Assembly (NCBI GenBank): GCA_040954595.2
Contig: CM082591.2
Span: forward strand, 8,174,047 to 8,238,046
Source: Balanoglossus misakiensis
Lineage: Eukaryota; Animalia; Hemichordata
Direction: 5' to 3'
Length of the DNA: 64,000 nt
Shown here: positions 11,647 to 23,200 of the stretch, in pieces
How the letters are laid out: each line of letters starts with the position of its first letter
How positions within the stretch are numbered: position 1 is the first letter of the stretch
Translations under genes and position numbers: made by a program
The notes under the pieces: model-generated
Database searches by the model: none
What the model was told of the DNA's origin: nothing
Seen by the model: the letters and a program-made list of their open reading frames with translations, nothing else

Positions 11647-12489
11647 CACAGGAGAGTTTGTGGACGATTGAAAGAATTGAAGCGCTGGAGGGCAGTGATG
11701 GCAATTGGACCAGTAAAGTCAGTCTGTATTGTGTCCGTGTTATTGATGTTTGTATCCAAGGTTGGAGTCGACCAGTTGAGTCAGTGAATTGATGCATTAA
11801 ACACTGCAATTGTTGACCGGTGCAGTGACAGTTGCTTGCTTTCATCATTTATGGACTTTTTCAACCATGAACTAATTTAAGAAGCAGACACTCAGTGCAC
11901 TCTAGATGTAGGAGATATTTGGGGTCTGTGACTGAATGTTTAAAGCTCCATTAGCTGTAAAATTTTGCCATGTTTTCAGTATTTTTGTTTTGTGTATTTA
12001 CTGCAGTTTCTTGTTGAAATCCCTGATGGGTGATGAAATGCCCAGTATTTAGCTTATCAGCACAACTATGTGTATATGGTCAGCATTGATATTGTGTAAA
12101 ACTTGAATTCAAATCTGGACTAGAATTTATTTGTCAACAATAACATTGGCTAGCTGTTACACACAAACAGGATATGTTGACAAGCAGAGTACTGGGTGTA
12201 TGGGTATTTTGTTTCGAGTACAGCAAGAAATTACTTTTGATACATAGAACAAAAATATTGAAAATAAAGTCAAAAGTTACTGCTAATGTCCCTTTAAAGT
12301 AGCTGAACTAGTGAGCTAAACAGAACCAGAAAAATCACTAGAAGTTTAGCATTTTGAAGCTGCAATGATTCAAATTTTGCAACTAAACAAATCAAATTTT
12401 GCAATTAGAGTGTTTAGTTATGTATGGTAGGTGTTTTTAATAAGAAAAGGGTGCTTCGAAATGTTACCTTATTTTACCATGTCTTCTAA

Positions 12490-12742
12490 GGGACTGTTCA
12501 GAATTTACTTCCAGGGGCAGAGGATTTTCAGGGGGGGGGACCACCCATTTTCTCCAAGAAAAAGAAGGGGGACCAGACATAAAAATCACAATCCTTAAGG
12601 GGGGACCATGGAAAAAAACCAGGAAATTTAAGGGGGACCACAGATTTCCTCCACAATTTACTAGGGGGGACTATTGAAAGAAATCACCAGGAAAATAAAA
12701 AATCCTCCGGCCCCACCCCTGAAGTAAATTCTGAACAGTCCC
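12490..12742. mobile_element. Harbinger-like MITE, family D
   Basis: TIR gggactgttcagaatttacttc...gaagtaaattctgaacagtccc, flanks TAA/TGA, internal ggggggacca subrepeats. Confidence 0.75.
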
Positions 12743-15216
12743 TGAATCATAGAAATTTGACGCTGTAACTTATTTGCCTTCAGGCAGAATAATAGTGAGT
12801 AGTACAGTAGAGTGGCAATCAGTGGATGGAAGAAAGGGACAGAGTACCTGTCTGGTGCACCTTATCTTTTCTGCTAGAGTGCAGATGTGAAAGGGCCCAT
12901 TGATGTAGAAGTGAAAGACGAGATGTTTGGAAGACAAACTGACATTTTGTAGAAAATGCTCCAGATGAGTAACCCTAACACTGTCAAGTCAGTTGAAACT
13001 GGTGTGATTTCCAGGGTGCCTAGAATCTTGGCACCCAGGCCTGTTAGATTGCCAAGTGTGTGTTAATCAGTAGGGCCTATACAAGACCCTAAGACCAATA
13101 CAGTGCAAACCAGTACGATTACATTATATTATTAGTCATGTACAGTAACTTTTGAACCAGTGGGGACTGTGTCATCTCTAACAACTAGCAATAAGCAAGT
13201 TGCAATTTCAATTTATATAATAAATTTATTGTTGACCTCATAATGTAGATGTACAGATTAAGTTTATGACATATTAAAGACTAAGAGTTTTTCAGGGGTA
13301 TTTGAGTATCTTTGGGTGGTGTATAGAACCTTTACGTATTTCTTTGGGATATACAAGTTTTTTCCAAACTGTTCCTTGTTTCATGACTTTTGACCACATT
13401 GCGATAAATGCTAGAGATTCTTGTTGGCAGTTTCTTGTCTTAAGCATCGATTGTGACATTTTTGTCGTGCAAACATGTCACAAACAAATTGTTTTCATTC
13501 TACAAATGACATCAGTCAAATAAAGCTTGCCCTGGTGTGTTCCTGAAAAAAGCTGGAAAATCCTGGAAGGTCCTTGAAATGTAAAATTTACAAAATCGAT
13601 GATTTTTCTAGTATTACATCTATAAACCCTCATGAAGTGTTTTGACAACCTGCGCAATCACTCCTGGAAATATAGTGTTTTGCCGCAAAAAACTCGGAAG
13701 AAAATCAGTGGGAATTTGCGAAAGGGCTGGTGGAAAGTTCTGGAATTTTGACCGACTAATGAGTGAATGAACCTTGTGAAGTGTAAATGGTACCAGTGCG
13801 CTGACAGTTGACTTTGTCAATGGGAATCACATTGTGGCCGTGTATTGTGTAGTTAAGTAATAGCTCCTTAAGGGAAGGATTGTCTCTGAATAAACTGGGA
13901 ACATACAAAGAGAAGTCAAGCCACCCACAGACTCAATTTAGTCATAAATTTGTAAAGCTGAAGAGAATTTTAACTTGTGCACCCAACAAAGCTAAGTGTT
14001 CTCGAGATGGGTACATCGCAGCAGAAAGGCCAGAGTGGGTATTCAAGGCAAAAAAGTGGCGTACCACTGCAGAATTTTAAATGAGGTGTTTGAAGCATAT
14101 AAACAGTTTCTTGACATATTTATGTGTATTTGCTGAGGTTAAACTTAAAGAATGTAGATTTGTAAATGATAGAACCCCAGTTAAAATGGCTGAGGAACCC
14201 TGGTGATATTTACCTGGATACTGCCTTTATCCAAACCACTGAATTGCCAGAGGTACATGTATGGGGAGGGGCTGTCTTCTTTGGTGGACTAATGCACTAG
14301 ACATGTACTGCCTCAGTGCCATGGAAATTACACCCACGTCTAAAGCAGTGATGGTCACTCATCCAGGAAAAGTCACGAAAATTCCTGCATTTTAAAGACG
14401 GCCTTCGAAACATTTGTCGCCTAACCCATAGGTATTCTGCTGGTGTGTGATCGAAGTTATTTTAGGCTTTGAATATCAGTGTATAGACAAAAAATCATTT
14501 GCTGGGTCTTTCCTATTTCTTGTTCTGCTTTGTCACCCCTTGACTACCCGGAGTGCCAGACATTTCCAGCACCATATTTAATTGCTATTATATACCTCTG
14601 TTTGTCGGACGCCTTCACGTGTTCATATGTGGTAAGGCAGCGTGTAAAACGGTGCTTTGTGGGTAACTGGAGGACAGGTGGAGACAAATCTTTTCACCAA
14701 AGTACAGTTACTTTTTGGACCATTTTAGGTTTTAAAGTAAAATCGTGAAAATAATGCAAAAAACTGTAGGTGTTGGGTCTTTAATAGATAGTTAAGAAAT
14801 TACTGTATTGTATAAAATAAAGTGTGTTTACCAGGTATTGTATTATTTCATGGTACCATCCGCAATTCTGATTGGACGAGAGCTCAATTCAATGTTGCTA
14901 AAATACTGTTTTACCACGGCTAGTGGTGGTAAAATGAGCCCCTTAACTAGCATGCAGCAGGGAAAATGTGGGGTTAATCCACAGTCGCGTGGGGTTAAAC
15001 CAAATAAATAAAATAAACACACTTGAATATACAGACATTTTATTTTGGAACTGCTCTGTGGGTGTCTTTGGCACTTTGCATGCGCGTTGCCTTTCTTGTC
15101 ACTTTTTGTCGTCTGCTTCATGTTTACTGCTCGATCCCGGCCGCTCGTGTTTACATTCATCATCGTGAGTTTGGTTCACATTCATAACTTCTTTTTATAT
15201 TTTTTTACCCTTTTAG

Positions 15217-18200
15217 GTTCAATCAGTGAGAAAGACTGTCGATGTTCAAGTAATCAATTTGCCTGTGATACATTAGAACAGAACGAATGTACATGTATTC
15301 CCGATGAATGGGTTTGTGATGGAGACAATGACTGTGGTGATGATAGTGATGAACAGAACTGTGGTAAGTAGTAGCTATAGTCTTCAAACATTTATGATAC
15401 TTCACATTCTTTTACAAAAATGAAACATTGGTAGGGTGATTCACCCCCTTAAAATGACGTCACTCACAGTGAAAATATTACAGTCCCCCTTGCCAGAGTA
15501 GAACCATCTGGCAAAGGGGGCTGGAAGACTTTTGTACGTGTTAGCAAGGTAGTTGTGATGTTTATGGTGGACGGATTTTTTCACTAGTTGTGTGAGAACA
15601 ACTCGATCAACATTTCAATGCATATTCTGTTCATAATAATATTTTTTGAAACAAAAGAAACCATCGTCGCAAACCACGGCCCTTTTACGGCAGTGCTCTG
15701 CTCCCCGCAAAAAGGCCGTGGTATAATACGGCCATGTATTCAGTATTTGGTCTAGGCGCTTTCATAGTACATGGCGGCTTCCAGTGGCAGTGCTCTGAGT
15801 CTGAGTGAGAGCGAAGAACGTGCAGTTTGATTGGCCAGATTATAATGATGTCATCTCATGAATATGCATTTCCAATATGTTCAAATACCAGCGCGGTACT
15901 CCATTTTAACCAGAGTACGTGATTTCGATAGTGAAACGAAAGAAATCCGTAGTCTGGTGGGGCGAGAATGAAAGAAACATGTCCAAAATAATGTTAAAAA
16001 ATACCAACCTTGTTCCTTTTCATTAATGACCTTTAACCTTTAATGATATTTCCTCCAGATCTGCCAACATGTCTAGCTGAAGATTTTACGTGTAAAAATG
16101 GAAAATGTATAATGAGGAGTTGGGTGTGTGATTCCGATAATGACTGTAATGACGGATCAGATGAACTGCAGTGTCCGCCCAGGAACTGTTCAGCAAATGA
16201 ATTCAGATGTCAGAATAATAATTGTATTCGAAAACAGTGGAAATGTGATGGTGACGATGATTGTGGGGATGGATCTGATGAACAGTGTCGTAAGTACATG
16301 TATTTCCATGCAGTGCCAGTAGTTCAATCTTTCACCACCATGGTTCAGTCCAAATCCATTGTTTTTCTATGGTAAGGTTGGACCTCTATAGAGGGAAGTG
16401 GGGGTGAAAGGGTTAAGACCATAAAACACTTACTCATTTAAGGTCTAACCCTTTCACCACAATGGTTCAGTCCAATCCTATTGATGAGGAGACAAGCGTC
16501 GGGTTTCATAAAAAGTTTTATTGTTAAAAACTTGTTCTACAAACGTTTCGATCCTTCACTGAGGATCTATTTTCTCTTGAGGCTGGCAGGACGACATCTT
16601 CAGCGGTGGCCATTGTGTCAGACGACGCGACGCTGATTGACGTGACCACGTTGGTCACGTGACCGGTTTATATTGCAAGATTTTCCCAGCTGTTAGCATG
16701 AGGTTTATTATAAAACACCTATAGCCTGGCCTATATTCGGGCCATAGCAGCCGTTTTTACCCCCTCGTGACTGTGAGTTACCAGAATCATATGCTATTTG
16801 CCTCGGCCCGCGGCCTCGGGAAATAGCATATGATTCTGGTAACTCACAGCCCCTCGGGTGTAATAAACGGCCGCTATGGCCCTCATGGCCAGGCAATAGG
16901 TGTTCAATACAGATACATGTATTGATATGTAGTTGTTCCGGTTTTAGGGGGGGGGGGGGCCAGTCGAAATTTCTGTGTTGGAAGGGGGGGGGGGTTTCTC
17001 AAAATCTGCATGCTTGGCAGGGGGGGTTTCTAGTGTAATTCCTCCGACCCCCCCAGGCCGTAAATAATGACGGCTCCCTTAGACTCTGTAAAACATTTAG
17101 GATTTCTGAGTGTTTGGTTTTCCAAGACAACCCTGTTTGTGGTAATCATGCAGCATTGTTATTGTTGAACATTGAATTCAAGGGACAAAGTTTCTCTCTC
17201 GTGGCCCCTTTTCTGGTAATTATGTTTGATCCAAGACACCGTTTATAGTATTCTACAGATGAATATATACTAGTAAACACAACTTCCATCCCACTTGTAG
17301 ACACAAGAGTGAAAAACTCACCAAAATGAATAATCAGTCTCTACTGTATATTCATTTTGGGGAGATTTTTACTCTCATATCCTACAAACAGGATGGAAGT
17401 TGTGTGTGGTCGAATGTTGATTCACCATATATCCACATGTAGAATAACATCAATGGTGTCTTGTATCAAATATAATTAATGGGAGAAGGGCAGCGAGAGA
17501 GAGACTTTGTTCCTTTAACAATTGAAATCTTTTATCATGCAGAGATTGTCAGTAACGCTGTTCTGTCAAATTGCCTGCATGCAATAGTCCAATGTTAATC
17601 TGAATTTGTTTTTCGGATTTTCTACTTATGTGTAGTGTATGCGATTCATTTCAGAATTACCACCCTGCTCGGAGAATGAATTTGCGTGTACAGATGGGAC
17701 TTGTATAACAGCGATGTGGAGATGTGATGGAGATCATGATTGCATGGACAACTCAGATGAATTCAACTGCCGTAAGTCACTTAGAACACTTTCTTTAGTT
17801 TATATGCAATAAGTATGAAAGTGAAGTTCACTAGTTGAAGTGAGGTCAAACCCCTCCCCAGTGAGCAAAACCAAATTGCTTTTTGAATCTTTTGGACAAT
17901 CTGAGAAGTCCCTAAATCTCATTCATGTTTCGAGTTCAAATTGCATTAGGTACACAGAACAAAATACTGCAATTAAGGCTAAATGTTACAACTATTATGT
18001 CCCTTTAACCCTAAATGCTACTGGGTGTCATACCCGTCAAGTCCCTTAAAATACGTATTTGCCACTTTTTCTTCCAAAACGTATTTTGACTGTCTTGACA
18101 TGGCTCTCATACGTACTTAGACACACTTGGCAGTCTGAGCCCCCTGTAAAATGTACCAAATTGCACTGGTTTGCACTGTATTGGTCTGAGGGTCTTGTAT

Positions 18201-20203
18201 AGGCCCTACTGATTAACACACACTTGGCAGTCTAACAGGCCTGGGCGCCAGGATTCTGGGCACCCTGGAAATCAAACCAGTTTCAACTGACTTGGCAGCG
18301 TTAGGGTTAAACTCCACCTAACTTGTGAATTTCTTGCTTTCATTGACAGCAACTCATACAGCAACGTGTCCAGAAGATCAATTTATGTGTTCATACGGTC
18401 GTTGTATTCTGGCAACTTATCAGTGTGATGGAGAAGATGACTGTGGTGATAGAAGTGATGAAATCAATTGTGGTCAGTTAATACACAATCATTGATTTTT
18501 GACTTTTCCTCTTTTGGTTTTCGAACTAAACCCCCTTGGCCCATTAATGGGAAAACCTTGTAATGGCACACCATTGATTGTTTTCTTCTTGTGGTACTCT
18601 TGCAGGATCCAAAACCAGACCACCATGCAAAGAACAAGCCTTAGAGTTTCAGTGTCGAAATGGGGCGTGTATAAATGCTGCGTGGCGTTGTGATGGAGAA
18701 TATGATTGTGAGGATCAATCAGATGAAGTCAACTGCTGTAAGTAAACAGTCCAATTGGATTAAAATTTGATGTAGACTTAGGAGTTGTCTTTGGTGATCG
18801 TTTTGGCTGTTCTGTTCTCTGTCTCTGTGTTGGCTGTTCTGTTCTCTGTCTTCGCTGTTCTCAATCTCGGGCGTAGGCACCACTGGGCCCCTTCTGAAGG
18901 GAACAGCCAAGAATCAGCAAAAGTAAAGACGGCACCCAATACGTCTGATTTTAATCAGATTGGTAACAGTCATACAAAACACCCAGTGCAAATCTGATGA
19001 ATGTTAGGTCGGTATTTGAGCAATCGATCATGTATCATTTGTATGCAACTTACAAACAATAGTTAAAATAGTATCATGAATCTGCAGTTTTTATATGCAC
19101 TTGTTGGAAAAATAGAGTGCTATTTCAGCAGAGACATTTTCAAATATCGCACTTGAGCTAAACCTGACTGCCTTTGAATTGCCTGTACCGTTGATGTATG
19201 TGAAAAATAGGTGGTCATTTTCTTGTGATCAACAGGGGTTGCTTAAAGGTTGGTGTACAAAACGTCCCTTATTCTATGTGAAGAGCGCCCTCGTATGATG
19301 AGAATGTGGAGGGTGGGGGGGGGGGGCAATGTGGTTTGTTGCTTTATAACTCATCATTTAGTTTTGAAGGGAGTGTATTCTTTCTCATTCTGTATAAACA
19401 TGACACAGGCACTCCAGCCGACCATGTAGATATCTGTCTACCTTTAATGTCACATTCAAATTGTCTTTTTGAATTTCAGCCACGATTAGTTGCACACCAG
19501 AACAGTTTCCTTGTAACTCAGGACGATGTATTCGGATAGCTTGGCGTTGTGATGGTGATTCTGATTGTCCTGATTCTAGTGATGAACAGGGTTGTGGTAA
19601 GTATCTTCTGTTTACACACCCCTCCTTTTTCAGGGATATGGTATCTTCCAGTAGACTAACCCACCTCATGTACAGAATACCATTATACTTGTCTGTTCAA
19701 CTATGCAAGGGTTCTGTTTATATCAATATTCAATTAAAGCACTCTGAATCTGAAATCTTTATATATTGGTATATGCTTGCTTGTGTGTTGAATAATGGGA
19801 TGTAAGTGTTTTAATCAAATGATTGTTGGCTGTTAATTGGTTTTCAGAACACTTCAACCAAATGATAAATAAATGTTCAATATTGCATGTGACCGTTTGG
19901 CACAAAGTTTTTGTTGTCCTCAGGGGGATGAGCCTCAAGGTTGAATTTTGTGAACTTTATGCCAATTCAAAATGTGCAAGTTGAGCTGTAAAAAGTTTAC
20001 TCATTTTTCAGTGAAAAAGAAATAACCAAAATAATATCTGGAGTTCGAAACTTCATCCATTGAATATTATTGCATGTATTTTACAGGTCCCCATGAATGC
20101 TTGGAGGATCAATTCAAATGTGATAATGGAAGATGTATCACTCGACAAAAACTGTGTAACAGAGCAGATGACTGTGGAGATAATAGTGATGAAAAAGAAT
20201 GCA
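15217..20203 (+). CDS. LRP4: LRP4 exons encoding 8 LDL-receptor class A repeats (7 phase 1-1 exons)
   Basis: Repeated C-x6-F-x-C...CI...W-x-CDG-x2-DC-x-D-x-SDE motifs, e.g. [26 protein letters not shown] and [23 protein letters not shown]; exon lengths 147, 231 (two repeats), 117, 123, 132, 117, 117. Confidence 0.95.
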
Positions 20204-23200
20204 GTAAGTCCAATATGTTATCCTTAATGTAATTAAAGCCCCATGAGGTGCCAAATGACATACGTTCTTTTCAAGAATAAAATACTTTAAATCTTATCGC
20301 TATCCTTTAACATCATCACCATTAAGCCTCATTACTTGTATTTCTGTTTGTCATCTCTTGGCGACGCATACCACGATAGCTGCGTACTGTTTGTATGGAG
20401 ACCAATATGGGTTAGGCACCCGTTTAATATCACTTGTTCAAATTGCAACATGCAGCCACAATCAAGCATCGATATGATGTTGATGTATACCTATGAGTAA
20501 AACTTATTTAAATGTACCAATCTTCAGTTGGAAAGTAAAATCATGAAAATAATGCAAAAAGTGGCAGCTCTAACTGGCGTAATATTTCAAATATCAACAA
20601 CTAACGCCATTGGCCACCAGATCACTTATTTTTATGTGTACTTTATTTCTATCCAAACCACAGGTCCTGATCGTCCAGATGTAGAGATGTGTGCATCGAA
20701 CAATGGTGGTTGTATGCACAAATGCACTGATTTATTTCTCAGTGTGAGATGTACATGTCATGACGGTTTCATCTTGTCGGCCAATGGCAAAGATTGTGAA
20801 GGTAGGTTCTACCCAGAGATCTGTGTATATATATAGGTATTTTAGTCCGTCATTCTTGTGGATTGGTCTTCATCCATCAATCAATCATTCATTCAAAGCT
20901 TGTCAAATTTTTTGTCCTATTTGCGAAAAAGGCTAGAGTGGTTTTGTCATTAACAGTGAGTCATGGGACCTTCTGAATTGTTTGTATTAAACATTTTCCC
21001 CTTTAACTATTTTGTTGTAGATGTCAATGAATGCGAAGAAGAAGGAACATGTAGTCAAATCTGCAGCAATACTATTGGTTCCTACAAATGTTCCTGTGTC
21101 AAAGGTTATGAACTGAAGTCCAATAAGAAGAGCTGCAAAGCTCTGGGTAAGTGTTAATAGTTCCCTACCTGTGTGTGTTCCCGGCGTTACACGGTCTCCA
21201 CCACAGCCCTGCAAGGCTCTATAGATAAAATGGTGCGTCTGCGGTCTGGTTCGGATAAAATTGAATTTCGCCCGAAAAAGCTGCGGTGTGGATCCGGACC
21301 ACAGACGCACCAGTTTTGTCTATGGCGCCTTGCATGGCTGTGGTGGAGGCCGTGTAATGCTGGGAACACACAGACCTGGATGCCGGGCTATTAGTTCTCA
21401 TACTTCAAAAAATATCACATTTGGTTCAAGCTTTTGGGCCAAGTCTAATATTGGTCACCTTTCTATAGAGTTGTAGATAGTGTAGTTCATGGTGATGTCA
21501 ACTCGAATCTAATGATGAAAAGTTACACATTGTATAGGCTCTAGACTTTTGTTTTGTGCAGCCAGCTGACCAGGGGAGGAGAACAAGAAAATGTGGTTCA
21601 TACACAAACAAAATATGACAAAAATAGCCGAAGTTACAGATACCATGTTCACACTGGGTAAAACTAGAAACATTTCAGAGACACTATTTGCCATTTGTAA
21701 ACACAGAGCATTAATCCTTTGAGTCGCGTTGTGTCCACACACACAAAGTTTTATGTATAGGCGCTGAGGCTCGGCCCCATAGACAATGGGTTGCGGAGAG
21801 GTGTTAATCCTTGACACTAGCGCAGGTCTGGCCGGCAAAGCCATCTCAAATCTGAAACGTTCCAGGACCACTTATACCGTTCACACATAATAATTTATGC
21901 CAGTATTTGACCTGAAATGTTCCAGAAACGTCAGGTCTGGCCGGCAAATAACTGTCTAAAATCTGAGACATTTCAGGACCACTCAAACAGTTCACACATA
22001 ACAATTTATGCCAGTATTTGACCTGAGACGTTTCAGAAGCATTTTGAAATGCATGAACCCATATAATATGCATATATTGTACCATCACCTTTTTCAGGTC
22101 CTGCACCATATCTGCTATTTGCAAATAGAATCGACATAAGACGTGTTATGCCAGATAAATCGGATTATACGTCCATCTTGGGAGGATTGGAGAATGCCAT
22201 TGCTTTGGATTACCATTCTGACAAACAGTTGGTATTTTGGTCGGATGTCACGTTGGATCGAATTAAAAGAGCTTATCTTAATGGTAGTGATACTATGGAT
22301 GTCATAGCAACCGGTCTTGAAAGCCCAGGTGAGAATGTAAATCCTGTAAACTATGTCTATCACAATTGCTTTATTCATTTTAGGTTGTGGACTACTCAAA
22401 TGTTAGAATATTGTCATTTTCTGATTTTTATATTTATTGTATATCAATGAATTTTAAATACAAAAAAAGTTAAAACAGACATATACATGCATACTTTCAA
22501 AATTAATACAATAATAAATAAATAAATAAACAAACAAACAAACAAATGAAGAAAAATAAATAAATAAGCAATTATTCTTTGTCATGTTGTGTCCATCAGC
22601 CACTGGGGTTGGATGGGGAGGACCAAATCACAAACCAGACAGTGAGGGTATTGGAGCAGGAGATTAATAGAATCTCACACTCCCAAGGACCTGGGATCAT
22701 ATTTCTCACACGAGTTGGGGATTTTCAGTCCCACACGAGCCGCAGGCCCAAGTATGAGAAATATGATTCAAGGTCCTTGGTGTGTGAGATTCTATTTCTT
22801 GCACGGCCACAAATTGGCCAAATTCTTATTAGAAACATTGAAAAATCATCTGGCACGTTGTATTTTCTGTCCATGTAATACACATCGCACCATTGGATAA
22901 CATTTAGCGCGCATTAGCAAAAGAACGCTTTGTCAACCAATCAGCACTCGCGTCACATGCAGCTTTTCATTCAGTGAGAGTGTGGGATCGATTTGTTCTC
23001 ACACTTTGATCCCACACTCTCCGCATGCAAGGAATGTGAGAAAACTAAATCATAATCCATTGTTGTTGTTTGTATAGGTGGCATTGCAGTTGATTGGGTG
23101 ACCGACAAACTGTATTGGACGGACTCTGGCACATCCAGGATTGAAGTTGCAACTCTTGAAGGTCGGCACAGAAAAGTCATTGTCTGGCAAAACTTGGAGA

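Noticed and set aside
11511-11848. ORFs with RERERE or SLSLSL runs
   Set aside because: They are translations of the (GA)n microsatellite.
15045-15216. In-frame hydrophobic extension upstream of the first LDLa exon (ATG at 15120, [18 protein letters not shown]...) as the signal peptide
   Set aside because: Much of the hydrophobicity comes from a T-rich polypyrimidine tract ending in a strong acceptor (ttttag at 15211-15216), and the region looks repeat-derived. Not fully excluded.
14780-15730. One large element spanning and capturing the first LDLa exon
   Set aside because: Repeat-like pieces flank the exon (taccacggc / ccgtggta), but I cannot define shared termini, and the exon is an ancestral LRP4 exon.
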